60,197 nucleotides of DNA from Candidatus Bathyarchaeota archaeon (GTDB lineage: Archaea > Thermoproteota > CALKCG01 > B24 > DRYS01), in the NCBI GenBank assembly GCA_018396535.1, contig JAGTQC010000009.1:1-60197 (forward strand). The letters are read 5' to 3'. Under the pieces are notes generated by a model, which saw only the letters and a list, made by a program, of their open reading frames with translations, made no database searches and was not told the DNA's origin. The number at the start of each line of letters is the position of its first letter. The stretch's first letter is position 1. Of the stretch, positions 10,180 through 20,623 are shown piece by piece. The position numbers and the translations under genes are program-made.

Positions 10180-10258
10180 AAGTTTTCATCACCATTTATT
10201 TTTAATCAGTAGCATATTATATATGCAAGCTTCGTATATGTAAAGGTTACGATATCAA

Positions 10259-10510
10259 TCATTCATGGAGAACCCTCTCCACTTCTTCTAGAAGTCTAGC
10301 TACCCGTTTACCTCTTTCTGTAAGTCTTATAATTCTCACACCCCCTCCTCTATCCTCTGTTATAAGACCTTTTTTCAATAATCCTTCGACCGCTCTATAT
10401 AGTGTGATAGGACTCATCAAATTCCTTCTAACAAGCTGACTTATCATTTGAGGTTTATCTAAGATAGATAAAGTCATTAATAGTTTAGATTCATACTCGG
10501 TTAATACCAT
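10259..10510 (-). CDS. Winged-helix (MarR/ArsR-like) DNA-binding protein
   Basis: MSPITLYRAVEGLLKKGLI...IRLTERG; likely start ATG 10510 after a GGGGT SD-like site. Confidence 0.8.
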   Translation of the reverse strand: MVLTEYESKLLMTLSILDKPQMISQLVRRNLMSPITLYRAVEGLLKKGLITEDRGGGVRIIRLTERGKRVARLLEEVERVLHE

Positions 10511-10734
10511 ACGACCCCACATTGAATCTATCGGGGTTAAGCTATATAGAAGTTTTATGCCGATTATATAGCTAGGCATCTTTCTATAGTTTGGGTTGAC
10601 CCCCTCCATACAATTATACATTCTTCGCTTAAATTTGATAGTGAGGGGGTGGATGTTATTTTAACTATATTCATGTCATATGAACAGAAGACTTATCTAC
10701 TATATGCGGAGCCTATTCTTCATCGTGGTGTATT

Positions 10735-11496
10735 ATGGGTAGATTGAAAGGGATACTCAAAGATGGTAAGATTGCTTTAGGAACATGGATAACTATAAAT
10801 CATCCAGATGTAGTTGATATACTTTCTACTTTACCGTTTGATTGGTTCGTATTCGATATGGAACATTCTCCACTTGAAGTAAGCGATGTAGAAATCCTTA
10901 TGATGCCTTTAAAAGGTACAGAGATAACGCCTATAGTAAGGGTCCCGTGGAATGATATGGTAATCATAAAGAGGGTTCTAGATGTAGGAGCTGAAGGTGT
11001 ACTTATTCCATGGGTTAATTCACGTGAGGAAGCCGAAGCTGCTGTAAGATATGTAAGGTATCCTCCTAGAGGAGTTAGAGGTGTTGGTCCTAGAAGGTGT
11101 ATAAGGTATGGGGAGAGACCCTTCCTAGACTACTATAAAAGATTTGAAGATGAAGAACTCGTATTAATAATACAAGTAGAGACGGCTAAAGCTATAGAGA
11201 ACCTCGAAGGTATACTTTCGGTTGAAGGTATAGATGTAGCTTATGTAGGCCCCATGGATCTATCGGTTAATCTAGGTATACCTACGATGTTCGATCATCC
11301 GAAATTCAGAGAGGCTCTAGATAGGGTACTGAAAGTATGCGAAGAATATGGTGTAACACCAGGTATACATACATTTAGTATAGAGCAGGCTAAGAAATAT
11401 GCGAATGAAGGATTTAGATTCATAGCATTGATGAGCGATCAGAGAAGTTTAACAACTGCCTTTAAATCCATGCTTTCAGAGTTTGGTAGGTTATAG
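10735..11496 (+). CDS. HpcH/HpaI class II pyruvate aldolase
   Basis: DMEH, VRVP, LDVGAEG, QVET, GPMDLS. Confidence 0.92.
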   Translation: MGRLKGILKDGKIALGTWITINHPDVVDILSTLPFDWFVFDMEHSPLEVSDVEILMMPLKGTEITPIVRVPWNDMVIIKRVLDVGAEGVLIPWVNSREEAEAAVRYVRYPPRGVRGVGPRRCIRYGERPFLDYYKRFEDEELVLIIQVETAKAIENLEGILSVEGIDVAYVGPMDLSVNLGIPTMFDHPKFREALDRVLKVCEEYGVTPGIHTFSIEQAKKYANEGFRFIALMSDQRSLTTAFKSMLSEFGRL

Positions 11497-11526
11497 CTAA
11501 TAATATAACACGATATAATTAAACCT

Positions 11527-14500
11527 TTATGTTTCCCCACTACGTTTACTGGTTAGGGTTCTCATACCTCTCGGTAGTCTCAATTCTTTAAATAGGTTAT
11601 CAAGCTCTACTATCTTTACATTAATACTTTTCATCTGTTCTTCTAATGGTGAAACTTTTTCTATATACTCTTCTTCACTGAGCTCTCCCAAGTTTTTCGC
11701 TACTTCGAGTTTCTCTAATTCTGAACTTATACGCTTAACCTCATCTATAAGTATATCGTAATATGGTTCAAGCTCTAAAGCTAGAGGTCTAAGCTTCCGC
11801 ATAAGCTCCTCTATTTGAGCTGTATATTTTCCACGATATTCTTCGTATATAGCTGACGAAACTTTAGGTCTCATAGATTCTAGCTTCTCTAATTTACTCT
11901 TTGCAAGTTTAATTTCATCCTGTATAAGTTTAACTTCAGCTAATATATCCTCTGGCGTTCTCTCCCTTCTTGTAGGAGCGGTTCTTACTATCTTTATCTT
12001 CAGCTTAGATTCTTTCCAAACTGTATAACCTAAGCTAAGCTTTTCGAGTCTATATAGAAATTCATGTAGAGATTTTGATCCCTTAAATTCTGCTGGAAAC
12101 TCTACTATCGGATATATAGTCTCATCCCTTCTAACACCTATAAGCCTACAGTTTATCATAAGTTGATTCTCAGATAATATAGGAAATCTGAATTCGAAAG
12201 TCCCATCTTGGAATAGCTGTCCCGTAGATTTCGTAGATCTAAGTTTGGTTGAAAATAGTTCATCGAAGTATGCGTAGAGAAGATCCCCTTCGAACATCGT
12301 AGTTCTTATAGGTAATGGAAACTCTCCTCTCTCACCGATTATTCTGAGATCTCTTTCTACGCTCCTTCTAGCTTCTCTACTTACTAAAGCTAATGTTTTA
12401 GCTTTAATAGCCGATAAATATACCGATAACAGAGGTATCAATGTACCTATAAGTAGCGATAGTAGGATTGTATGAGTCCCCCATGGTATAGATTCTAAGC
12501 TTACCAATCCTCTGATAAACGGTAATAGCATCGATATCCTATCTACTACTAGGTATAGTATATATGTTCCGAAGTACCCTATGAAGCTGGAGAATAAGCC
12601 GAGTATCATTCCCTCAGTCAGAAGCATATTGATTATAGATCTAGGAGTACCCCCTAGCACTGCTAGTATTCTAAGATCTCTATTCCTCTCGTATATGGTC
12701 GAATACATGGTGAGATAGACTATCATGCATATTATGATTATAGGTACGACAATACCACTTAAACCTAGCACTCTATACATATGAACCTCTTCGTAGGATA
12801 TCAAATATCCATCCACGGGTACACGGACATCACAGCCAAAGAGGTAGACAAGTTCCTCTGCCTTACGTACTAAATCTATATCTTCATCCGTAGGTATTAT
12901 GAAAAGCCAGGGTATATCGAAAACCTTTATACCTGCCACCGTCATGGGTAAACTGTTCATGGTAACTATAATTGTATGATCCGGATTTTTGAACATAGGC
13001 TCCCCATCTGGCCTTCTAACTTCGGTTAAAGCACCTGGATTAAACAAACCTTTGACCTTCACTCTACCTACTGGTATATGTATGTCACCATCTGGAGTCC
13101 ATAGAATCAAGTTGACCTGTATAACTTCTCCTATCGGTATACCAAGAGTTGAAGGTATGAGTGCGGCAGTCTCATTGGATACTAGATATCCACCCAGTAC
13201 GTAGGTATCTAGCTTATATAGTTTTGCAAAAATCTCTGGATCTATACTATAGACCTTCATCATACTCCAACTCATATCTCTGTAGATTATCTCAGCTTCA
13301 GCGCTTGCAACTCTTTCAAACGAGAAATCTATATTAGCCATACAGTATGATATATTAGCGATCCATTTCTGCGTACTCAGCCATACTATTGTATCCTGGG
13401 TTATAAATCGTTTCTCGTATATATCCGTGTATAAAGCTATAAATCTACCGTAGGAAGCTTCGAAAGGCTTTCTCTCGGTCTCCATGATACCATGCATACC
13501 TATTACTCGAACGAAGGATATACACGCTCCTACCACAATGGCTATACTTAAAACTATCATCAGTGTACGATGAATTCTACTTTGAAGATTTCTTATTGCT
13601 AGGTTTATAGGTAGCTCTACCTTGGATGATGTTATCAAAGCCAATAGATATAGGAATATGAATGATATAGTTCCGGCTGAAAAACATGCTATAGCAGAAG
13701 AAACGGGTTCTATACTTGATATCTTCGTACCGAGAAGTGCTGATGTGAACATTATAAACCCTGCTCTAAGCTCAGGTAATGTATAGAAGAACACGCTCGC
13801 TAATATGAAGAATAGGGCTATATGGATTGGAAACTTTATTCTCTCCTTTCTAATGGTTAGATTTAGTATCAATGCTGAAAATCCATACGAAAAGGCTAAG
13901 GCTACAAACACTCCTATAACTACTGTCCTATCTTGATTACCGAGCTTACTATCCAGATTTAGAAGCTTAGTTTGTAGAATGCTTATTGTGAACATAGCTT
14001 CACGATACAGTCTCTTATCAAATAATGTATCTAGATATGATAGGTACGATCTTATAGATTCAGCTTCCCTTTCTTCTTCGTATAAATCTAATCCTATCCT
14101 AGAATACCATTCCACTTTATCGAGTGTTCTTTTTATCCACTCGTTAAGGCTATCGAATGTGTAAATCTTCATCCAATTTACAAGATTATCAGTTTCTCCT
14201 ACAGTTATAGTTGTCGTGTATCCTCTATAGACAACTCTCCCCATAGTCCTTGAGATAGCTAACCTTATAGGGTAATCTAATGGTACAAAGTAGACGCCTT
14301 CGTACGCTGGGTTACTCGCTGTTACTCCTATAGGTATAGCACTCGGCTCTACTATTAGGTCAAGTTTAATAGGATTGTTATAATTCGAAAATGGATCTGC
14401 GCAACTTATGTTTACAAGCTTAGCTTTAGCTAACGTTACTATGAACCTATACACAGTTCTATTACTGTATTCCATCAATACTTCGGGATCGATACTTAAT

Positions 14501-14886
14501 CCCGTATATCTCGTCTCCTCTCCTGTTCTGATAGCTGAATGTCTAACATTCTCTATCCTAAATTTTTGTATACCTGTAACTATGTAATCCCCGTATACCG
14601 TTAGACCCCTAAGCGATGGGGGATTTATCGATCCGTTGATGATGAACTTATACTCTATATATCCAGATCCATTAGTTAAATCATCTATCGTTAAAGTTGA
14701 AAACTCCAATTTTAAGCGTAAATATGGTATTGGGGCACCCTTTACAGCATTGATAGCTAATACCCTGATGACATATTCTACGGTTTTCGCACTATCAGAG
14801 GCGTAAGCAGCGAAGTTTAAGTTTAATAGAAGCTGAATAATGATCATCATCAGGATAGGTAAAATAATCCTCTTTTTACGCATCAC
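11527..14886 (-). CDS. FtsX/MacB-like ABC permease with C-terminal cytoplasmic CdvA-like coiled coil
   Basis: Signal peptide, ectodomain, several TM helices, LAIRNLQSRIHRTLMI and YERNRDLRILAVLGG...EG motifs; C-terminal ~125-aa helical domain with two SHOCT/CdvA-like motifs. Confidence 0.85.
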   Translation of the reverse strand: MMRKKRIILPILMMIIIQLLLNLNFAAYASDSAKTVEYVIRVLAINAVKGAPIPYLRLKLEFSTLTIDDLTNGSGYIEYKFIINGSINPPSLRGLTVYGDYIVTGIQKFRIENVRHSAIRTGEETRYTGLSIDPEVLMEYSNRTVYRFIVTLAKAKLVNISCADPFSNYNNPIKLDLIVEPSAIPIGVTASNPAYEGVYFVPLDYPIRLAISRTMGRVVYRGYTTTITVGETDNLVNWMKIYTFDSLNEWIKRTLDKVEWYSRIGLDLYEEEREAESIRSYLSYLDTLFDKRLYREAMFTISILQTKLLNLDSKLGNQDRTVVIGVFVALAFSYGFSALILNLTIRKERIKFPIHIALFFILASVFFYTLPELRAGFIMFTSALLGTKISSIEPVSSAIACFSAGTISFIFLYLLALITSSKVELPINLAIRNLQSRIHRTLMIVLSIAIVVGACISFVRVIGMHGIMETERKPFEASYGRFIALYTDIYEKRFITQDTIVWLSTQKWIANISYCMANIDFSFERVASAEAEIIYRDMSWSMMKVYSIDPEIFAKLYKLDTYVLGGYLVSNETAALIPSTLGIPIGEVIQVNLILWTPDGDIHIPVGRVKVKGLFNPGALTEVRRPDGEPMFKNPDHTIIVTMNSLPMTVAGIKVFDIPWLFIIPTDEDIDLVRKAEELVYLFGCDVRVPVDGYLISYEEVHMYRVLGLSGIVVPIIIICMIVYLTMYSTIYERNRDLRILAVLGGTPRSIINMLLTEGMILGLFSSFIGYFGTYILYLVVDRISMLLPFIRGLVSLESIPWGTHTILLSLLIGTLIPLLSVYLSAIKAKTLALVSREARRSVERDLRIIGERGEFPLPIRTTMFEGDLLYAYFDELFSTKLRSTKSTGQLFQDGTFEFRFPILSENQLMINCRLIGVRRDETIYPIVEFPAEFKGSKSLHEFLYRLEKLSLGYTVWKESKLKIKIVRTAPTRRERTPEDILAEVKLIQDEIKLAKSKLEKLESMRPKVSSAIYEEYRGKYTAQIEELMRKLRPLALELEPYYDILIDEVKRISSELEKLEVAKNLGELSEEEYIEKVSPLEEQMKSINVKIVELDNLFKELRLPRGMRTLTSKRSGET

Positions 14887-14887
14887 C

Positions 14888-17800
14888 TCACCCCTCCTTA
14901 GCTATCCTTCTAAGCTTTTCAGTATACTCTGCCTTCAACTTCCTATATATTTTCTCTTCTATTTCTCCGTTAGCATAAAGTCTTTCAAGCTTACTGAGCA
15001 TACTCTTCAACTTAGAGTATTCTGCTGAAACCTCTCTAGTTCTATGTCTCCATATAAACGCTAAGGCGACCCATATCCCTGTGAATACACCCATATACCC
15101 GTATAGGTTTACTATGAATCCGCATCTAGCTGAGAGAATAGTCGTATCTGTAAGCTCTACTCTATCTCTATACTCATAAAGGCCACTGAGTACATGTACT
15201 TCATATATACGGTTTAACGGAAGCTTAACTCTTACAACATCAATCCCTCTTTGCTCGAACCTCAACGTAAATACTTTCTCCTCAAGTCTATACATTGGTG
15301 TTGTCACGATTCTCACATGAGTAACCTCTACTATACTATCTCTTAACGTATTCAACCATAAATCTAAGGGTATAATAGTTAAGGATACTACTTTTGCTAC
15401 AACGTTAACCTCCTCGATATCTTGCGTTATCTCTATAGAATCTTGCGAATATACTAGTTCACCAAGATATTCTACTCTTATAGAGTATATCCCAGAGGGT
15501 ATATAGTTAAAGGTTGTATACCCATGGATATCAGTATATCCTATGCGCATTACGCCCTTCTCAGGTTCTATAATATATACTGTCGCGTTATATAATGGAT
15601 CATTCTCTAGATCTACAACCTTAACCTTTACGTTAAGGGTTACCAGGGATAGATTGAAAGCTTCACCATCCATTTGTATGTTTATACATTGTTTAAGGAA
15701 GATTTCACCTAATCCTCCCACGACGTAAATAGTATATGTGCCGTTAAATACATCATCTATCTTCGCCCATCCATCTATTCCAGTTGTATTAGCATAAGTT
15801 ATATGTTGGTTATCGTTAGATACTAAGACCACCAATAGGTTAGGTAGAGGTTTACCGAGTGAATCCGTTATCTTAACCCCTACATCATATGCCCATGTGC
15901 GTATTGGTATTACGGTGCTACTCTCTATTAACCCCTCCCAATAGCCTATAAGCTTAGAATCTGCTAAAATCCTAACGCAATATAGTCCTGGATCTAGTTT
16001 TGCTTTGCAGTAGCCAGTTTGGTTTAGAGTTAACGTATAGATTTCCCTCTTATACTCCATGGATTCAATGATCATAGATATGGGATACCTAGTTGGTATA
16101 GTAGAGTTTCCATCATAATCGACCGCTCTGAATGTGATATCTACGAATGGCAATAGGTATGGTAATCTTGTGGTTATCGGAAAATACGCATAGCTATTAC
16201 CTACAGATGAATTTATGAAAACTGTCAATAGATAATTCCCTTCTCTAGTGAACTTTAAATGCCATATTAAATCGTAAGTTGATTCATATCTAAGATTATA
16301 CAGAATTCTCGTAGTTTCTTCTAAACTCTCCATATGTCTTGTATGAGATTCTATTGAAATTGTTACGTTATCTATATCTACTAGAGGTATCAGATTTATT
16401 TTAAATTCAAATTCTCTATCTACTTCTATCGTAGATGGTGATATAATTGATATCAGGATAGGTGGATTCTTAATATATACTATGGGTCTATATTTCATGT
16501 TAGTTAAATAGTTCGTAAGATTCATCCTAGTAATAGGTGTATTAACTATTTGGAGTCTGCAGCTATATTTCTCTATTAAAGAAGTGGATATAGGTATTCT
16601 TTGAAATGCTATTAAATCGTAACTAGGTATATCTGATTTAAGAATTATACGTGAAATCAATTCACTAGGCTTTAGATAGATTATAAGTCCTTCCTTACCA
16701 TCTTGTGATGATAGATATATTAGATCTGATGTAGGGATGGACACTCCTAACCCTGCTCTCGGTATATATAGTTCCTCTGTTGTATTATAAACATAGCATT
16801 TATGGAATAAATTCTTCGGTAGAAGGATATGAATAGGTATCATTGTACCTGTTTCCATACATTTCACGTAGATTTCTGAATCTATGTATGGTGCGTAAGC
16901 ATAAAACCTTATTAAGACGTTAAATTCTAGTTTACCATAGCTTGTACTGTATCTAACTTCCGCCATAAGTGGTCCTTTGATTAGCTTCCATTCATCCACT
17001 CTATCTAAGCTTATGGAATCTATGGTCGATCCGTTAGTAAGTATAAGTCTAATATTGGGAAATCCCCATGAAGGATCTATTAAATCAACTCCTTCAATAC
17101 TATCAATTAACCTAGATATACCTACACTTGAATTCACATTAACATATGCTTTATAGAAGCTATTCTCTATAACTACATATTTTTCGTTGATAATATTTGA
17201 TACCTTAAGATCGGTAGTTACATTGTATGTCTCTCTAGGTTTAGATAATGAATAATATAGCCTATAAGTCTTATTTTCATATCTGCTTATATCTATAGGA
17301 AATATCATTTTTACATATTTATAATAGCTTGTATCAGGATAATATTCTGCTTCGATTATCTGGAAAGGTATTGTAAACATGTTATTATCAATCAATTTAA
17401 GACTGCCATTTATTGCTATACCAAAAGAGAACAAAGCACTTATTTCTACGTACTCTCTATGATAATCTACCGGCAAAGTATTATTTATATATATCTCTAA
17501 ATAATTCTCCTCTTCTATTACTTTTTCAACTAACAATTCATAAATCATATCATCCTTAATAACATCTATATGGAAAGATGCTAGTTTCGATCCAGTTTTA
17601 CTGATAACATCTACTCTATACGTACCGTTAAATATATTTTTGAAAATGGCAGTACCGGTTGCATCAGTTATATTTCTATATATTATCGACTTAGAGAAGT
17701 TTCCTAATAAATTTAAAATCACTTTACAATCTGATAATGGGGTTTTGTTCCATCCTAATATTTTTATCTTAAAATCATATAAAAAGCATTTAATATTAAC

Positions 17801-19567
17801 GAATGTAGGTCTATATATAGGTATAATTTCTTCTCCTATTATACTTATATTTTCAAACAATATTGTTAACTTATATATATCTGGATATACTTGGATATAT
17901 TTAAAACCTGAACTGTTAACCGAGGAAATATATAGATATTTAGAAGTTAACCCTTCAAGTTTTATCGAAATTACATTCAAACTATTATCTATTTTATCTT
18001 CCCCATCAAAATCTAGAAGTTGAATGTTTAAATCTACATATGGCATAATAGACGGTAAAGTTACGTTTAATTGTATAAATGCATATGATACATTAACTTG
18101 ATTATATAATAATATAGTTACTAAATACGATCCTTCTTTATTAAATTTTATATTCCAAGAGTATCTCTTTATATCCCCCTTCTTTAATTCTCCTATATAT
18201 GTTGCAGTTAAATTTAAATATGGCTTTAGATCATCTTCTAAACGATAACATGTAACATTTAACCATAGATTGCGCATTCTTTCATAACATATTACTTTAG
18301 TTTTTAAATCTATATTAGTATCAATTATGATAGATAATGGAGCTTCAGCTTCTATTTTAGCGAAAGGCTTTTTCAAATCAATTTTTAATCCTTGTTTAAA
18401 AAGTAATAGAAGAGCATCTAAGTATTCCTTACTTAACTTATTCTTTGTCACTCTAAATATTGATTTATACATTATATATCCTGATTTTGGTAATGTTGTA
18501 TTATTTGCTTGTAAAGCTAATATTATATAATCTACGGCTTCTGATTGTATTATCAATCTAGATGTGGTAAAATTTATAGGTTGAAAATAGATTATAAATC
18601 CATATTCATCATTGTATAAATATATAAGATTTGAAGAGCTATAAGAAATTCTACCTTTTATTGATGTTAAATCTAATTCTATATTCGAATTATATAAATA
18701 CAATTTTGTGAATACTCCTTTAGGTATTGCGAAGTATAATGGATATATGAACTTGAATTTAGAGAAAGCATCGCTATACAGCATACCTTCGTATACAATC
18801 GTAGGATTATATGCGAAGAATTTGAAAGAGCCTTCTATTCGTACAAAATCATATGTACCATTATATTGTACTTCACTCACTAGTGTACCGTTCAACGTTA
18901 TCCGTAATTTTGGATAAATAAATCTATCATTCGTTATAACACCTAGATCTTCTGAGTGTAGATATACTCCTGGAAAACTTACTATAGGATCTATGATGCT
19001 GTTTCCCTCAATATCTTTTATAGATAACCATTTTATACCTCGAGTAGAATTTTTTTGAATTTCGATATTATAGAAACTATTTTCTATATTAATACTTATA
19101 TTCTTATCTTTAACTATTAAATCTGATTTAATATTGTATGTATATACATATTTATTTGTAGCAGAATATTCAAGTATAAATTTCTCTAGCTCATTTTTAG
19201 CAACACTAGCTAAAAATGTTAGACGTAATGTTTTATAGTAAGGTGTTCCTTTATAAAATTCTTCATTTAAAATTTGAAATGGTACAGGTAAACCTTCACT
19301 GTTTTTCAAAGATATACTTCCATTTATCGCTTCTCCATAAGAAAATTCTACATCTATAAAAATAGGTTCGTAACTTAGATCGATTGGTAAGGTATTATTT
19401 ATAATAATCTCCCTTGATTCATATCCAGTATATACCTTCTTTATATCTATAGGTGGAGGCGGAGGATTAATCTGTGTATATGGGTAATAGTATTCAGCGA
19501 ATAAAGGAGTTATAAATGTTAGCATTAAAATTATAAAGTTTATTATGAATATATATTTTCGTTTCAT
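14888..19567 (-). CDS. 1559-aa type I membrane surface protein: two ~640-aa repeats, carboxypeptidase-regulatory/Ig-like domains, C-terminal TM and SHOCT-like tail
   Basis: Signal peptide; repeated INNTLP[IV]D...AINGS...PFQI...IENSFY; repeated TDxxG...NGTY beta-sandwich motifs; many N-x-S/T sequons; TM then KLERLYANGEIEEKIYRKLKAEY. Confidence 0.85.
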   Translation of the reverse strand: MKRKYIFIINFIILMLTFITPLFAEYYYPYTQINPPPPPIDIKKVYTGYESREIIINNTLPIDLSYEPIFIDVEFSYGEAINGSISLKNSEGLPVPFQILNEEFYKGTPYYKTLRLTFLASVAKNELEKFILEYSATNKYVYTYNIKSDLIVKDKNISINIENSFYNIEIQKNSTRGIKWLSIKDIEGNSIIDPIVSFPGVYLHSEDLGVITNDRFIYPKLRITLNGTLVSEVQYNGTYDFVRIEGSFKFFAYNPTIVYEGMLYSDAFSKFKFIYPLYFAIPKGVFTKLYLYNSNIELDLTSIKGRISYSSSNLIYLYNDEYGFIIYFQPINFTTSRLIIQSEAVDYIILALQANNTTLPKSGYIMYKSIFRVTKNKLSKEYLDALLLLFKQGLKIDLKKPFAKIEAEAPLSIIIDTNIDLKTKVICYERMRNLWLNVTCYRLEDDLKPYLNLTATYIGELKKGDIKRYSWNIKFNKEGSYLVTILLYNQVNVSYAFIQLNVTLPSIMPYVDLNIQLLDFDGEDKIDNSLNVISIKLEGLTSKYLYISSVNSSGFKYIQVYPDIYKLTILFENISIIGEEIIPIYRPTFVNIKCFLYDFKIKILGWNKTPLSDCKVILNLLGNFSKSIIYRNITDATGTAIFKNIFNGTYRVDVISKTGSKLASFHIDVIKDDMIYELLVEKVIEEENYLEIYINNTLPVDYHREYVEISALFSFGIAINGSLKLIDNNMFTIPFQIIEAEYYPDTSYYKYVKMIFPIDISRYENKTYRLYYSLSKPRETYNVTTDLKVSNIINEKYVVIENSFYKAYVNVNSSVGISRLIDSIEGVDLIDPSWGFPNIRLILTNGSTIDSISLDRVDEWKLIKGPLMAEVRYSTSYGKLEFNVLIRFYAYAPYIDSEIYVKCMETGTMIPIHILLPKNLFHKCYVYNTTEELYIPRAGLGVSIPTSDLIYLSSQDGKEGLIIYLKPSELISRIILKSDIPSYDLIAFQRIPISTSLIEKYSCRLQIVNTPITRMNLTNYLTNMKYRPIVYIKNPPILISIISPSTIEVDREFEFKINLIPLVDIDNVTISIESHTRHMESLEETTRILYNLRYESTYDLIWHLKFTREGNYLLTVFINSSVGNSYAYFPITTRLPYLLPFVDITFRAVDYDGNSTIPTRYPISMIIESMEYKREIYTLTLNQTGYCKAKLDPGLYCVRILADSKLIGYWEGLIESSTVIPIRTWAYDVGVKITDSLGKPLPNLLVVLVSNDNQHITYANTTGIDGWAKIDDVFNGTYTIYVVGGLGEIFLKQCINIQMDGEAFNLSLVTLNVKVKVVDLENDPLYNATVYIIEPEKGVMRIGYTDIHGYTTFNYIPSGIYSIRVEYLGELVYSQDSIEITQDIEEVNVVAKVVSLTIIPLDLWLNTLRDSIVEVTHVRIVTTPMYRLEEKVFTLRFEQRGIDVVRVKLPLNRIYEVHVLSGLYEYRDRVELTDTTILSARCGFIVNLYGYMGVFTGIWVALAFIWRHRTREVSAEYSKLKSMLSKLERLYANGEIEEKIYRKLKAEYTEKLRRIAKEG

Positions 19568-19573
19568 AGATGT

Positions 19574-20392
19574 TCACCAGTTTTCTATTGCATTACTAAG
19601 TTCTATAATTTTTATATCTGTTTCTTCAATCTTTGTTTTTAATTGGTTTATTTTTCCTTGCACTTCCATGAGCTTTCTCTCTACATCTACTCTTTGCTTC
19701 GTATAGTAGTTATGATCGTATTCTCCTACCATAAATCTTGCCCATAATTCTTTTAGTCGCTCTTCTAGTTCAGAAGCTTCTCTTTCTAATTCAGACATTT
19801 CTCTAAGAAGACCATCTTTTTGATTAAACCAATTTTCAGTTATTGAGCTTAGAAAATGCTTTATAAAATCCTTATTTTTAACATTATTTTTATTTTTAAT
19901 GTTTTCTTCTATATAGCATGAAGCTATGAAGATTTTTGTATCTACATTTAGATCCTCAGATAGGCTTTGATTAATTTTAACTAGGGTGTCATTTAATTCA
20001 TTCTGTTTTTGTTTCAGATTTCTAATTTTTGATTGTAACTGTATTGTTTCAGGAGAATATCTACTTGAAGTATATTCATATGGCTTAATTTCCGGAGTAG
20101 ATTCTATTTCTAATCTTATTTTTTCAAGTTCTGTAAGAACATTTATTTTAAGATCCTCTAATTTAAATCTAGTTTCAAAATATTCTTCCACGACTTTTAA
20201 TAATTGAGACATATATTCTTCACGTAGAGATTGGAAGACAGATTTAGATATCTCTCTATGAGAACTAAGTTCGTCAAGTTTTCTTAATCTTAGAACTATA
20301 CCCTTTATATTTTCGCATATATTAGTGAATTTTGCCAGAAGTTCTTTTCCTTTTTCTATAGGATCTATAGGACTGCTATAAGCTGAAGCCAT
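19574..20392 (-). CDS. Soluble CdvA-like coiled-coil protein (no PRC barrel evident)
   Basis: All-helical; motifs LRKLDELSSHREISKSVFQSLREEY and LKELWARFMVGEYDHNYY resemble the two helical-hairpin motifs of CdvA. Confidence 0.7.
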   Translation of the reverse strand: MASAYSSPIDPIEKGKELLAKFTNICENIKGIVLRLRKLDELSSHREISKSVFQSLREEYMSQLLKVVEEYFETRFKLEDLKINVLTELEKIRLEIESTPEIKPYEYTSSRYSPETIQLQSKIRNLKQKQNELNDTLVKINQSLSEDLNVDTKIFIASCYIEENIKNKNNVKNKDFIKHFLSSITENWFNQKDGLLREMSELEREASELEERLKELWARFMVGEYDHNYYTKQRVDVERKLMEVQGKINQLKTKIEETDIKIIELSNAIENW

Positions 20393-20419
20393 ATCATGTT
20401 GAAATGTGTTCCTTAGCGA

Positions 20420-20427
20420 TATTTAAA
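20420..20427 (-). promoter_or_regulatory. TATA box of the three-gene operon
   Basis: TTTAAATA on the minus strand about 28 bp upstream of ATG 20392. Confidence 0.6.
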
Positions 20428-20471
20428 TGTTATATATATAATTAGGATCTAGGTAAGTTGCCCCATTATGC

Positions 20472-20541
20472 TGTAGGGTGGTCTGATTGATGATATTCAA
20501 TCATCAATCTTAGCCGAGAGTAGTCTTCATCCCACCCTATA
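20472..20541. ncRNA. Putative structured small RNA (C/D-box-like on the minus strand)
   Basis: Terminal stem 20472-20481/20532-20541 enclosing a perfect 10-bp hairpin 20485-20494/20500-20509. Confidence 0.35.
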
Positions 20542-20623
20542 TAGATATTATCTTCTCATAAGTCTTAATAAGCGTAAACATTTAAGTAGCCATACTAGAT
20601 TTATTCTCCGGATGTGTAGGGGG

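Noticed and set aside
10599-10650. 8-bp inverted repeat ACCCCCTC/GAGGGGGT with a 36-nt spacer
   Set aside because: Short and low-complexity, with no inner structure or recognisable RNA motif.
20472-20541. Hammerhead ribozyme or fluoride/TPP riboswitch reading of the structured element
   Set aside because: The required core motifs are absent on both strands.
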